Positions 24,045 to 37,659 of a stretch of DNA of 64,000 nucleotides are shown here, piece by piece. Origin of the DNA: Mobula hypostoma (taxonomy: Eukaryota). The notes under the pieces are model-generated. The model did no database searches and had not been told where the DNA came from. It worked only from the letters and a program-made list of their open reading frames with translations. Numbering within the stretch: position 1 is the stretch's first letter; the number at the start of each line of letters is the position of its first letter. The stretch lies in contig NC_086097.1 in the NCBI RefSeq assembly GCF_963921235.1, forward strand, positions 71,612,001-71,676,000. Direction: 5' to 3'. Position numbers and translations under genes: made by a program.

Positions 24045-26732
24045 AAGGGGCGAAGGTGGGTCCTGGCGCCTTATAACCAGTGCTTCGGGTAGATGGAGCT
24101 CGTCAGCCTGGGAAGGCAGTCCACCTAAGAGAGGGAAAACTCTGATTTCAAACCTCTGCTGCCTTGTGGCCATACCCACTCATGGGAAAGGCTTCGGGAA
24201 TAAACCCTGAGGGCAAATCTGGAGCTGGGGTCCCTAAGGCAATCCGACATTGCTTTCAGCCTCGCTCTGGCAACTCCTGTGAGGTCACTGGTGCCAAGCT
24301 GTATCGGCCCTTGCCCTTCCCTTGGACAACATCAGTGGCGTGGAACAGGCTGCCATTGAATTGGTGAATGTGAGTTCGATATTTAGATAAGTACATAGAT
24401 GGGAGGGCTATGGATGGCCGTGATCCAGATGCTGGGCAATAGGACTAGGCAGAATTACAGTGTAGCTGAGACTAGATTGACCAAGGGTCTGTTTCTGTGC
24501 TGCAATGATCTATGATTCTATGACTCTGACTGCAATGAGGAGAAATTTAAATATAATCTCTACCCAAAGGATTTGAAAAATTCTTCCATTGAGTTAATTC
24601 AAAACAGTTTCATACAGCAGTAAAATGGGTTTGACGTAGAAGATTAAGCATGCGCTTGATGTCTAGTGAAGAAGGCTCAAAGAACTCTAAGGTCTCTATC
24701 TGTTCATATTTCTTGAGCTCTTATTGTTCCATTATGAACCAACATCACAGCAGGCTTCAGTGTGTCACAAACAAAATCAGCCGCAAATGAGATTTGCAGG
24801 TAGAGGAGGAGGAACCTTTAGCAGATGAAAAACTCAAGGCTCTAGTGTTGTCACAGGACAACTTAGTTTACTGTCAAATAAAGTATCCACTGAAATGTCA
24901 CTTAGAGAATTAGAAATGAGTTTCCAATCGATTCTACATTAGTTCAGTGTAGATCGCTGAACTAAAATTATATTGGTTGTAACAAAAATTGAAATTGAAT
25001 ACTTAGTCTAACTGATATATTCCAGTCATTGAACCACAAGTATGTTTAGTCACAAAATTAACATTATGAGACAATGAGACTCCACCTTTTACCTTTCCAT
25101 TTAATGTAGGATAGAATGAGAATTGCCATCACGCTCTTGTAATTAGATTTACCAAAAATATCTTTTGTTTAGTAATTTAGACAGATAGTACATTTCATAT
25201 TTATTGGGTCAGACAATTTATAAATGACTGTATACCGTTAACAGCATCACATTATCAACTTGGCCAAATACAAAGAGTAAGTTTGCACAAATCAAAAAAA
25301 CTTAGTTTTTCTGGTTTTAAGGCTTTGTAAATCACCAAATTAGGTCATTGAAACTTTAAGGAACAATGATAAAAAAAATCAATTATATTATGGATTCTGT
25401 TCTGTTCTAAATGTTTTGCTTGATGATTGATTAATTGATCCTAGATACATTGAACTGAAGTCAATATTAGTGATATAGACGAGATAAAGTCTCAACCCTA
25501 ATTATCATCCATGTCTCCATGAACTTTCCTATCAATTGTTATGCACATGAAACATCTAGAGTTGGAAACATGACTTTGGTTGTAAGTGCTAAACACGAAC
25601 TTCAGCAACATCTGTGAATTGAACTCCATTTCTGGTTTTCAGACTTGTGGAAGAATAGTAATGCCTCCCACAGCACTGTCTGTTGAGCACATGAGGCAAA
25701 GAATGGATTTCTACTTGCTACTTGCAGATTTGCTAAGTTATTGAGCTAATTTTCTTCTTTTGCCAGGGAGCAAACAATCTAATCCAGCAGGAACTCAGAG
25801 CTTGTGTACAGACCCAAATGCAATCTAGTCAAACTCATCCTCCAAGCACACGACTGATCTGGATCTTAAGCTGTGATTCTGAACTATAAAGTGGCAGCTC
25901 TGTCTACCATGCTGCACGTCCACTGTACTTGCATCATCCCACCACGCTGTTACGTGGAAAGCTGAAACACCTGCACTATGTTTGCTGTTACGTTTTTTCC
26001 TTCAGTATAAAGGGATTAATATAAGTAATTAATTAAGGAGAAATTGTTACTACTGGCAGATGGACAAGTCATCAATGGAAATAGGCTTAGGACAGGAGAA
26101 GGGGGATCTGAGGTCTGATCATGAATACTCTCCATCAAGTAGAAGTATGCATTTGCAATTTCAATAAAGGGAATTGGAAATATATTTGAAAAGACATCTT
26201 TTTCAGGGATAAAGCAGAAATGGAATGGCTGGGATGGTTTTTCTCAGACAGCAGCCAGACTCAATGGCTTTATTTATGAATCCATAAGTGATTAGCCATT
26301 TACTAGCTGTAATGAGTTAACTATGAAGGATTCTCAGAATGACTGCATTGCCACTGTTGAGTAGTTCTCAATGCAGACCATTTATTTGGGATTGCAACAA
26401 AACACCAAGTTCACTCTATCTACAGTCATTCCGGCAATGGCCTCTGCCATTAGTACCAATGTTTGAATAACAGCAGAAAGTCCTCCCGTTTTGATTCTAG
26501 ATACGTGAGATTGTAGCTTGTCAGTGGTCCAGCAACCTTTCTCTAACAGGTTAACATGATTACAATGGTTCAGTGGAGCACAAATCTATTGTCTTATCTC
26601 AAGGTGACAGCTCTTGTTAATGCAACACGACTCCTCTGACCGTGCTCTCACTATTGCCTGTCAAACAGCCATCCCAGACAGCTGCTGTTCATGCTGAGAT
26701 GCTGCAGTCTCATGCCAGGCCGTTGAGGCATG

Positions 26733-27085
26733 GGCACAGTAGCGAAGTGGTTGCTACAGAACAAATAATCTGAAGATACGTTGCAAAATCCTAGAGACTG
26801 TGCTCAAATCTCTTCATGGTGGAAACATTAGAAGTCAATTAAATAAATTACTATGGTGCCAAGAAATTATTAGGTTGATATAAAACTACCCAGCTTACTG
26901 ATGCTCTTCAGGTGAATCATCCTTGCCACTTCTAGCTTGTCTGTGACTTGAAGTACACAGTAATGCAGTTGGTTGTTAACTGCCCCCAGAAAGGGGTGAG
27001 CAAGCCCACCCAGATCAAAAACTATGCTGACAAATGCTGACTGTGTCGGCTGTGCATGCATCTTTCGAATAAAGAAAGGTAAAAA
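26733..27085 (+). mobile_element. Old tRNA-derived chondrichthyan SINE
   Basis: Degenerate A box (agtagcgaagtgg), body motif cacagtaatgcagttggttgttaactgcccccagaaaggggtgagcaagcc, A-rich end gaataaagaaa. Confidence 0.55.
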
Positions 27086-27892
27086 CGTATGGGAGGCAGC
27101 CATTCAGATAATGTGGAAGGGTGACTGGTCAATTTCTCCATGTAGTTTTGTAAGGTCTGAACTACAAATTTCTGGTTATCTTACATTATTGTTTATTTTT
27201 ACTTTGTGGCCAAGAGCAGGTAACGATGATTACTGGAGCGTATGATGCAAGGAAGAGAGATGTGCGGCTATTGGTGAATGGGAAACTGGAGTCTGCAGTT
27301 ATAACTGTTTGGCTTTAAAAGCAGCCCTGCCTTTTCTCCTACCACTCACTTTTGTGTACAGTTGTTGCAATAAACTTGACTTGAGATGGTCCTAATGATG
27401 ACAAGTTACTGCAGCATGCCGCAAACATTCATAAACTTTAAGACATGATGTGCTATGTGCTGGTGGGCTCTTTAGACTCTGAGATCAATGAATCATTGTT
27501 TCAGTACACAGCTGATCCAGTATCTCACTTTTATGTGAGGCACCTGCTGCTCACTCAATGCACGTAACCCCTTGAGTGATTATTGCCAGTAAATAAACCT
27601 CGATACCTGGACGTACACTCATGTTTACCTTGGTCACGTAAGTACACTTGCTGGCCTGGCACTGACTTACATGAAGCTCTGTGATTGGTCATATACAAAA
27701 GCAGTACATTAAGAGGGCAGAAAATCTTTGATTTTGTTTTATCTCAGTTGGAGCAAAGGGATGTGCAGACAATTAATAGTAGTTTGAAACATGGAGATCA
27801 CTGCAAACTAGGAAAATAAGAGCATCATTAGGCTACTTGTCCCCTCAAGCCTGCCCACTACTCAATATGACCATGTCTAATCTACCCCAGGC

Positions 27893-28960
27893 CTCATGTC
27901 CCTTGCTTGTGAAGCTTAGAGACCTCGGCCTGCACCTCGACTTGTGCAGCTGGATCCTGGACTTCCTGTCGGATCACCAGCAGGTGGTAAGGATGGGCAC
28001 CCTCACCTCTATCCTGCTGACCCTCAGCAAAGGAGCCCTCCAGGACTGTGTCCTGAGCCCCTTCCTCTACTCCCTATACATCCATGACTGTGTTACCACA
28101 CACAGTTTCAACCTGCTGATCAAATTTGCAGATGACACAACATTGATAGGCCTAATTCCCAACAATGATGAGACTGCCTACGCAGTGGTGCCAAGAAAAC
28201 AACCTAGCCCTCAATATCGAAAAAACAAAGGAGTTGATCATGGAATACAGGAGGAACAGAGACAGACTAGTCCCGGTTGACATCAGTGGGACTGTAGTCG
28301 ACGGGGTGAGTAGTTCCTCAGTATACAGATCACTGAGGACCTGACCTGAACTGAGCACACCGGCTGTGTGGTGAAAGAAGCACAACAGCACCTCTTTCAC
28401 CTCAGACGACTGAAGAAATTTGGCATGAGTCCCCAGATCATCAGGACTTTCTACAGAGGCATCATCGAGAGCACCCTGACTGTCTGTGTCACTGCCTGGT
28501 ATGCGAACTGTACTACCCTCAATCACTGGGCGCTGCAGAGAGTGGTGCGGACAGCTCAGCGCGTCTATAGATGTGAACTTTCCTCTATTCAGGACATTTA
28601 CAGCAGCAGCTGCGTAAACAGGGCCTGGAGGGTCATCAGGGACTCCAGCCACCCCCAACCACAAAGTGTTGCCATCTGCCAAACAGTACTGCAGCATTAA
28701 GGCCAGGACCACCAGGCTCTGGGACAGCTTCTTTCACCAGGCCATCAGATAGATCAATACACATTGATCTGATTACTTATCTGACTACATACATGTATAC
28801 AAAACAATTATGTATACAATCTTAGAGTTTAGGCAATATCCTCCACATTTCCCCAATTTATTACTTGTACATTGTGACGAAGACGCAACATGAAGATTTT
28901 TACTCCCTCATGTTGTGAGATGGATGTATGAAATAAAATTCTAATTCTAATTCTAATTCT
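27893..28960 (+). mobile_element. 5'-truncated Rex1-type LINE
   Basis: LCSWILDFL..QDCVLSPFLYSLY.HDC..KFADDTTLIGLI; KEAQQHLFHLRRLKKFGMS..FYRGIIES; (ttctaa)3 tail. Confidence 0.9.
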
Positions 28961-29634
28961 CTGCCAGCTCTCTACAGAATTCAGGTCTCCAGTCTTTCAA
29001 AAACTTATCTACAACCTGTCTACAAGGACCTGGCTTTCATAACCATCCGGGGTACAGAACTACACAGTTGCCACCTTCTGCAAGAATTTCCAGTGCAAAA
29101 CCATGTGCTTGCTCTATTTTCCAGTTTCATGTTATCCGACTGATAAATTCAAACGAATTTTCCCCTCACCACCGATGAGGTCAGCATAATTCTCTTTGCG
29201 TGCCTTACTTCCAATCAGTGATTTTTGAAGTTACGTAGTGCCATGCAATGTAATATTCAGACTAGGGGAGTTACAATGTCGAGATCCAGGCCAGATTATT
29301 AAATTTCATAGTGCACTGCAGTCAGTTCCAACAATGGGGAAAATGAAAGGCCATGAATTAACCAGGTTAGGCAGTATGAATTGCAGAACAACCCAAAGCT
29401 CAGTCATCTGGAGCACCTTCAGTCTCTTCAGAGCCTGAGCACCACTCAGTATGATCTGGTCTAATCTACTCCAGGTCTCAACTCCTCTTCTGTGCCAGTC
29501 CTCCACAGACTTCAGTTCCCCAATCTTTAAAAAACTTATCTTCCACCTAACTACAATGGCCTGACCTCCACAACCAACTAGCACAGAGAATTACGATGCC
29601 CAACCATCTTCTGCAAGAAGCTGGTGAGATTCTG

Positions 29635-29745
29635 GGCTTCAGCATGGCATCTCATCTGAGAAACTGAGAGCTTAGCACTACAGCAATCTCTCAGTATTGC
29701 AACTGTTTGTTAGCTTCGATCAAATACTCTGCAGGGCTTGAAACG
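29635..29745 (-). mobile_element. Deu-domain SINE remnant (AmnSINE/SacSINE-like)
   Basis: catctcatctgagaaac...cagcaatctctcagtattgca...gggcttgaaac resembles the reverse strand of the Deu domain; recalled similarity only. Confidence 0.45.
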
Positions 29746-30734
29746 TGAACAAAATGGGAGTGATCTTGCTGATCCTGCACACCTTGCCAGGAATTGGCAA
29801 CAACTTTCCTGAACCTCAAGTGTCTGGAAGACAATGCAACATTCCCAGCAGTGACTGGGCATCTGGTGATGCCGTGAGGAGATGCTGCTCCTGACAGGTA
29901 GACATCTGCCAGCTGTAGAGGCCGTAATTGAATTTTAATTTGTTTTTAAATGTCTCCGCCATTGAAGGAAATTTAAAAACAATTAAAACTGAAGTAAATA
30001 ATTAAAGGCAAATGACAAATATTAACCTGTAAAAATAAGTTTAACTAAAAACATTGAAAACATCTACCAGTTATCAAAGTCATTAAAATAAAATGAAATA
30101 ATGTAAAATGTAATTTACCTTCCATTAATCCTTCACCCAAGAATACCTAAGGAAATCAGAAGACTTAGCAGCACGCAATCTGAAGTGCAGTCCTGAGGAA
30201 TCCCAGGCAGACAGGGTTTGCCACCAGACCACACTTGACAGCGTGTGTAGAAATCCAGGTCTCAGTGCAGTTTAAATATGCTGACAGCTGGCAGCTCTGA
30301 TCAGAACCGTGGGCAACAGTCAGCCAGAGCTGGCCCAGGAATGTTTGTGGTACTCTCAGGAAGCCACAGCAAGAAGGTTTCCTGATTAAATCTGCAGCTG
30401 TTTTTGTTTTTTTATTAATTATGCATTATTATATTTTACAGAATAAAGCTTTGTTGGAGTGACAGAAATATTCAACTGCTTGTGCTGAGTATATTTCAGT
30501 GTTGTACACTAGGTAGAGTTCATTGTACAATGTTCTAATTAAAGTTCTGAAGTAATCTAAATCTCGAATTTATGGACCACATCATGACTTCTGTGTCTCT
30601 TGGATTGTTCAGACACCGCAGGGCTTCTGTCTCCACAGCATTAGAGAGCTGGTAGATTTGGGGACAGTGATTCAGTGAGTTTAGGGACAGTGTGGGACAT
30701 AGCGACCACAGTGGGTTTGAAAATGAGGGGTGTG

Positions 30735-31320
30735 AATTAGGAGTAGGCCGCTCAATCTCTCAAACCTGTTTTGCCAATTAATTAAATCATGGCTGATTAC
30801 TGCTTCAACTCTGACCTCACATTTAACCATGGTAACCTTTCACTCCTTGGGTCATTAAGCATCTCTGTACCTCTGCTTCAACTGCCTTTAATCAGAAGAG
30901 CTCTGAAGAGTTTTATTACCTGCTGAAAGAAAACAATTTCTCTAATGTCTGTTTGAAATGGGCAAGCTCTGTTTTTTTTAATTGTCTAACTTTCTACCGG
31001 AAGAAGAAACCTTCTCCCCACACATACTGTATCCTGTCAGGACACCTCCAGATCTTACATATTTCAGTTAACACCCCCTCACTCTTTTTAACTCCAACAG
31101 ATACAAGCCTAGCCTGGCAACTTTTCCTCATAAGACAACCTCATAATTGTTACCATCAATGTAGTAATTCTTCTCAGAGCGTTAAAGAACATTAAGATGC
31201 CTGTGGTGTACACAATATTCCAGGTGCGATATTACCTCTGTTCCATATAACTGATGCATAACTTCCCTATTTTTCCATTAAATTCCCTGAGAAATGAGTT
31301 TTCCTGGTTACCTGCAGTGT
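30735..31320 (-). mobile_element. Old CR1 3' remnant
   Basis: taggagtaggcc...catggctgat 3' UTR pattern followed by degenerate ORF2 C-terminal reverse-strand motifs. Confidence 0.6.
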
Positions 31321-31499
31321 AATTCATTGCAGACCCATTAGTTTAAAAGCAGAACAAGTGACAAGGGGTCCTGTGACTTTAAAAACAACATGGGAGCTGA
31401 TGGCCTTGTGGATTAGGGACAGCAGCAAAGTCAGAGACCCTGAGGCTTATGACCATTGTATATGCAGAATATATTACCAGACAACAGAGATGGTCATGC

Positions 31500-31665
31500 A
31501 TGTGTGAAATTCTGCAGATGCTGGAAATCCAAAGCAACACACACAAAATGCTGGAGGAACTCAGCAGGTCAGGCAGCATCTATGGAAAAGGGTAAACAAG
31601 CGATGTTTTGGGTCGAGACCCTTCTTCAGGAAGGAAGGAGGAAGACGTCAGAATAAAGAGGTGAG
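31500..31665 (-). mobile_element. Penelope-like pLTR fragment with degenerate hammerhead
   Basis: tctgcagatgctggaaatcc...gctggaggaactcagcaggtcaggcagcatcta; minus strand CUGAAGA-AGGGUCUCGACCC-AAAAC-AUC. Confidence 0.8.
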
Positions 31666-31939
31666 ATGTTCCCATTGAATGGATCCTCTATTATTGAGGA
31701 AATGTGCGCAGGCACCCGTCGGCATCACAGAGCTCCATTATCTGTCCCCAACAGAAAGCACTGGGTGAACTGCTGAAGCTTCTCCCAAGGTTTCCCATGA
31801 GTTGTTTTGGGGATCTTGGTAAGGCTGCAGATTTTGGTGGGGACATGAATGGTGCAGATGACAGCAGTCTTTAAAGGGACAGGTATAGAAAACCAATTAC
31901 ATTTTAGCCTTGTTTGTCTGGTGAGGAAGGTTCTGGAAT

Positions 31940-32680
31940 CAATTGTGAAAATGTAATAACAGAGCAGCTTGGAAAGAATAATTGGACTGAGTAAAATCAG
32001 CATGAATTTGTGAGGATAATTTTGTTTGACTAATCTACTGGTATTCTTTGAGAATGTGACAAGAAGAGTAGATTAAGGGGAGAAGGGAGAAGCAGTGGAT
32101 GTGGTATGCTTGAAAATTCAGAAAATTTGAGGGAAGGTCTCACACAGGTAGTTGGTCAGCAAGGTTGGAGCACACTAAATTGAAGTAATTAAAAGATTAC
32201 CTTTATTTGTTACATAACATTGAAATATACAGTGAAATGCATCATTTGAGCCAAATCAAATCTGCGAGGATTACACTGGGCAGCATGCAACTGTCTCCAA
32301 GCTTCTGGTGCAAACATTGCATGCCACAACTCACTAACCCTAACGGTACATCTTTTGGAATATGGGAGAAAACCCATGCATTCTGCGGAGAAAGTACAAA
32401 CTCCTTATGAAGCATTTGCTAACTGCTACCATATACCAAAGCAGACTGAGAATTGATTAGCAGTAGTAGAACAAAGTGGACAAAGAAGTACCATTTTCAG
32501 GTTTTGAGTCCACAGCGAATGGAGTTACATCAGGATTGGTGCTTGGGTCACAGCTATGCATGATCTACATCAGTGATTTGGCCGAATGGAGCAATTGCCA
32601 CATTTCAAAGTTTGGTTGTGATACACAACTGCATGGGTAGAGATGAAGATGTAAAAAGGCTTCAGGGACCATAGCAGTGT
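31940..32680 (+). mobile_element. Old CR1 RT remnant carrying a minus-strand V-SINE-like insertion (~32190-32435)
   Basis: Degenerate SQHEFV..CLTNLL.FFE.VT.RVD.G..VDVV motifs; insert begins aaagattacctttatttg and contains tttggaatatgggagaaaaccc...gtacaaactcctta. Confidence 0.65.
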
Positions 32681-33962
32681 ATAAAAGTCAAAAAAGAGCT
32701 GTAGATAATGCACATCTGAAATAAAAACAGATGGTTGTCGACACATTTAGCAAGTCTGTCATTTTATGTGGAAAGAGATATAGAGTTAAAATCTCGGATC
32801 AATCAATGATCCTTCCTCGAAACTGGGAAAGAGAAAAAAGTTTGCTTAATGTTGCAGAGAAAGCAGGAGAGGAGACTAGTTATTTGAACAAATGCAAATG
32901 TATTCTGATTGTGCCCTATTTTTTTTTTCTAATTTCCTAACCTTTAATTCCCTCCCCCATCCCACCCCCAGAACCTTATTCAATTGGGAGAAAAGCAGTC
33001 TGAGGGTTGAGGGTTGAGCCCAGGTGCAATGCTGTAGTGTACCAATAGGCAGCGCCATTGTATTGCTACATACTGAAGCTTCACAGTACAGCTCAGCTTT
33101 CCAATGTCCATTGAATGCTGCAAGCTTTGTATTGACAAATTGTGTTTGCAGTAGATGTTGGCAAAGGTGACAGGTGATCTTTATGACTTTGTATTATTGT
33201 TCATAGGAGGCCAATTATAAATCACCCATGGACCTATAATTCTATGCCTGACTGCTAATTACAAGTGAACAATGACCTCACAATTTTTCATTTTGAAACT
33301 TCAGCCGTGATGTTACAGATGAGATTTTACACTTTGACAGCAATTTATTACAGTCATACATTACAAATGTTGAGGCGACAGTATATTTATAAAAGCTAAT
33401 GTATGTTACACATAGTTCAATAAGGTGGGGCTAAGTAGGTCCAACCAACTACAAAAAATTCCAAAATCTCAATATTCATAGCTGACTCTACATATCTGAA
33501 ACTGTGCATTAAATCCTTGTAGATGATTTTAAAAAGTCTTCAGGAGTATTTGGTAAAATTACAGATCAAGACATTATGTTTAGGAAGCATTCTACCAATT
33601 GATCAATCAATGATTTAATTAATTAATCTCCTGCTTTTCCAACAATTAGCCCCCTGTTTCTCATGTCAACCTTCTGCAGCGCAAAACCAGTGCTTCCAGA
33701 CTTGCAGCTGTTCAAGGGCTTCCTCTCAGGCCTCCCACAGCCAGAGCCTCTGGAAGTTGAAGCCTTCCTCTGTGCAGAATAATGGACTACATAAATATTA
33801 TTTTTATATTTTTGTAGATATGTATCAGAATGTTGCTTTACTCAAACAGATACAATGATAATCAGCAAAGGGTAAGAGACAAATCAGAGCCATGGTTCAA
33901 TGAGGAATTGGAATAGTTTCAACTGATGGCACAATCTGTTCGCTGTTTTATGTACTTGTGAT

Positions 33963-35065
33963 TTCAAAGTTCAAAGTTCAAAGTAACTTTATTATCAAAG
34001 TCCATACTATATATGTCACCATATATAACCCTGCGATTCATTTTCTTGTGGGCATACTCAATAAGTCCAATAAGCATAATAGGATCAATGACAGACCTAC
34101 GCCATACAGGGCAAACAACCAGTGTGCAAAAGGAAATAAATTGGGCAAATACAAAAAGAACGAAAATATTAACAATAATAATAATAATAAATACAAGCAA
34201 TAAACATCGGAACATGAGATGAACAATCCTTGAAAGTGCATCCATAGGTTGTGGGAAGAGTTCAGTGATGGGGCAAGTGAAGGTGAGTGAAGTTATTCCT
34301 CTGCTTCAAGAGCCTGATGGTTGAAGGATAATAACTGTTCCTGTTGCTGGAAAGGTGGGTCCTGAGGCTCCTATAGCTTCTTCCTGATAGCAGCAGCAAG
34401 AAGAGAGCATGACCTGGGTGGTGGGGGTCCCTGATGATGAATGCTGCTTTCCTGCGTCAGTGCTCCATGTAGATGTGCTCAATGGTGGGGAGGGCTTTAC
34501 CTGTGATGAACTGAGCCGCATCCACTACTTTATGTAGGATTTTCTGTTCAAGGGCATTGGTGTTTCCATACCAGGCTGTGATACAGCCAGTCAATATACT
34601 TTCCACCCCACCTCTATAGAACTTTGTCAAAATTTTAGATGTCATGTTGAATCTTCGCAAACTTCTAATGAAGTAGAGGTGCTGTCATGCTTTTTTCATA
34701 ATTGTACTTGCGTGTTGGACCCAGGACAGGTCCTTTGAAATGATAACTCTGAGGAATTTTAAGTTGCTGAAGCTCTCCACCTTTAGTCCCCCAATGATTT
34801 CTAGTGCATGGACCTCTGGTTTCCTCCTGCTGAAATCAATAATCAGCTCTTTGGTCTTGCTGACACTGAGTAAGAGGTTGTTGCTGTGGCATCACTCAGC
34901 CAGATTTTCAATCTCCCTCCTATCTGCTGATTTGTGGCCATCTTTGATTCAGCCTACAACAGTGGTGTCATCAGCAAGCTTGAATATGGCATTGAAGCTC
35001 TGCTTAGCCACACAGTCATAAGTGTAAAAGTGAGCGGAGCAGGGGCTGCCTGTGGTGCACCTGTG
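33963..35065 (-). mobile_element. 5'-truncated Rex1-type LINE
   Basis: RRFNMTSKILTKFYRGGVESILTGCITAWYGN; ADDTTVVG; (ctttgaa)n tail. Confidence 0.9.
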
Positions 35066-35249
35066 CTTAGTCCTCTTGCTCTACTCACTCCATCATCAGT
35101 ATTATCAAACTCTATTGCTCGAGAAAACTGCCTTCTTCAGCAGTTTATAGTGACAGTACCCCCATTCTCATGAGGGTGGGGACTTTCAAGGTTTTAGACA
35201 CAGCAATGAGGAAGGATGGTGAAATATTTCCAAATCTGTGGTACATAAG

Positions 35250-35375
35250 TAACACACACAAATTGCTGGAGGAACTCATCAGGTTAAGGCAGCATCTATG
35301 GAAATGAATAAACAGTCGACAGTTTGGGCCGGGACCCTTCATCAGGACTGGAGTGGAAGCTGAGAGATGCCAGAA
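35250..35375 (-). mobile_element. Penelope-like pLTR fragment with degenerate hammerhead
   Basis: Minus strand CAGUC-CUGAUGA-AGGGUCCCGGCCC-AAACU-GUC-GACUG. Confidence 0.8.
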
Positions 35376-35474
35376 TGGTACATAAGTCAGGAAAGATCTT
35401 GTTCCTGTGCGCCTTCTGTCCCTATCCTTGTTAGCATTGTGAAAAGAATTGAAATATAGCTATAGTGCACTTCG

Positions 35475-37620
35475 TATTTAAGTTTGCTGATGACACCAGA
35501 GATGTAGTGATGAAATAGCATGTAGGAAGGAGATTGAAAATCTGGTTGAGTGGTGGCGTAATCTCTCACTCAACATTAGCAAAGCAATAGAGCTGATTAT
35601 TGTCTACAGGAAGAAGAATCTAGAGATCTGTGAGCCAGTCCTCATCAGGGTATCGGAGGCAGAAATGGTCAGTAGCTTTAAATTCCTTGGTATCAACATA
35701 TCAGAGGATCTCTGCCGATATGAGCACATAAGATCATCAGAAAGAAGCACGATAGCACCTCCACTTTCTTAGAAATCTGTGTAAATTCAGCATGCCACCA
35801 AAAACTTTGACAAACTTCTATAGGTGCATAGTGGAGAGTATTCTGGCAAGATGGTGGCAAGAGGGGTTGCAGCAGCTTCTACGGGGTCAACAAAAGATGC
35901 TACCATTCTACTTAAACATACACCTAATGATCACAATATCCTGCTATACATTAAGAACTTAAAGAACTGCAGGTCTACACCGTCAGCGAGTTGCTCACTG
36001 GCGGAGATAATGAAGGAGATGTGCAACCTGCTGCCGCCTGAGTCAATGGAGGCTTACAGTCAAACAGCCAGTGGCTGTCACGGTCGCTTTTCTTGTGATC
36101 GTAAGACCCTTTGGACATTGCTAAGCTGGTATGCTGCAAGTTCGATTTGCAGATTTATTGGATTCGAGCAGGGGCAGAAGGCGGGAGAGCTTCCCGGCCT
36201 CAGTCATAGCAAGGACTAGGCCTGAAGACAGGGCGTCACCCGTTTGCAGCCACTGGAGTGAGGAGACAAAGCTGTTGCGCTCACCGGGGATGGTGTGGCG
36301 TGGCGTCCAGAATGGAGATGGAGCTGCCCTCCCAGTGTTTTGCTTGGCAGAAGACAAGCTCTGTTGTGGTTGATTGCAGATTTTTTTGGCGGCACTCAAT
36401 GGACTTGGGCCTCAAGCTGCTTTTCAGCTGCTGGGAGAGAGGCATGTGAGCCATCTAACTCTACCGGGGGAGGCACAACGCAGCTGTGGTTGACTGAAGA
36501 TTTCATTAGGACTGAGGGGTTTGGACTATATACATATATATTTGTCTGGTTGTGCTTTTACTAATAGTCTATATGTGTCTGTATTTACATAGTCTGGGCC
36601 TCTAAGCTGAGGTATCGCATAGTGGGCATCGGGCCTCATGGCCAATTGAGAGATGACCTCAGTGGGCTGGGAGGTCTGGATTATATACAAGCATATTTTG
36701 CGCCATTGTATTTTTACGGGTATTCTAAATATACTTGTATACGTAAGCACTGGGCCTATAAAACTGCAGTGTTGCTTGGTGAGCGTTGGGGTGGGTTGAC
36801 AGATGATATTGGTGGGCTGGGGGGCCTGGACTATATTCTGGGTGGTTGTATTTTACTGACATTCTATTTGGGCTTGTTGACTTGTCTGTGTGAGGACTGG
36901 ACATCAAGCCACAGTGTCATGGGTTGTGGGGGGTGGAGAGGATGTCAGGGCACTTTTATTTTGTGAATGCGTTCTTGTGTGTGACTGTAGGTCCTGTGTT
37001 TTAGGACCTTGATTCCACAGTAACAGTGTCTCGTTTGGCTGTATTCATCAGTATTCTCGTATGGTTGAATGACAATTAAACTCGAATTGAATTGAATTCT
37101 GGCTGGTTGCATCGTGGCCTGGTATGGAAGCACCAATGCCCAGGACCGGAAAGTGATGAATGTGGCCCAGTCCATCACAAGGGAAGGCCTCCCTTCCACC
37201 GAGTACACTTGCATACAGCACTGCTACAAGAAAACAGCATCCATCATCAAAGATCCCCACCATCCAGACCATGCCTTCTTCTTGCTACTACTGAGGTACA
37301 GAAGCCTTCGGTCCCACCAGGTTCAGGAACAGTCAGGCTTTGGAACCAGTATGGACAACTTCATTACCAGCACTCTGAAATAATTCTACAACCTGCTGGA
37401 CTGACTTCCAAGGACTCCTTACAAATCATGTTTTTAGTATATTTTTTATTTGGACAGTTTGTCTTCTTTTGCACGGTGGTGTCTGACAGTCTTCAGCTGT
37501 TCATGGTTTTTTTTGTAAATTCTACTTTATTACTTTTTTACTGTAAATGCCTGCAAGAAAATTAATCTTGAGGTAGTATATGGTAACAGATATGTATTTT
37601 GATAATAAATTTACTTTGGA
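35475..37620 (+). mobile_element. Rex1-type LINE fragment split by a nested insertion
   Basis: KFADDT at ~35480, FKFLGINISEDL, FYRCIVESIL|GCIVAWYG across the insertion, tail tttgataataaatttactttg. Confidence 0.85.
35848..37095 (+). mobile_element. 1.25-kb non-autonomous retroelement
   Basis: 8-bp TSD attctggc (35840-35847 / 37096-37103); starts aagatggtggc, ends gaatgacaattaaactc(gaatt)n; no TE protein motifs. Confidence 0.85.
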
Positions 37621-37659
37621 GTAGCAGAGTGTAAAAGTTTGGGATGATTAATGGGATGG

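Larger units (their letters stand above)
23738..24350 (+). mobile_element. RTE-related non-autonomous element (5' UTR-like body plus 3' segment shared with a SINE)
   Basis: Motifs typical of RTE 5' regions as recalled (gctcgtcagcctgggaaggcagtccacctaagagagggaaaactctgatttcaaacc); 24289-24342 matches SINE segment 52200-52260. Confidence 0.7.
18020..24527 (+). mobile_element. Decayed CR1 LINE split into three pieces (~18020-19286, ~23170-23737, ~24355-24527) by nested insertions
   Basis: Collinear ORF2 motifs: WEAFKSEI, IRVDMSPG, QGLIRDSQHSFVTGRPCLTNLIELF..SKAFDKV; the degenerate SKFADD region resumes at 23170; 3' tail ctatgattctatgactct. Confidence 0.88.
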
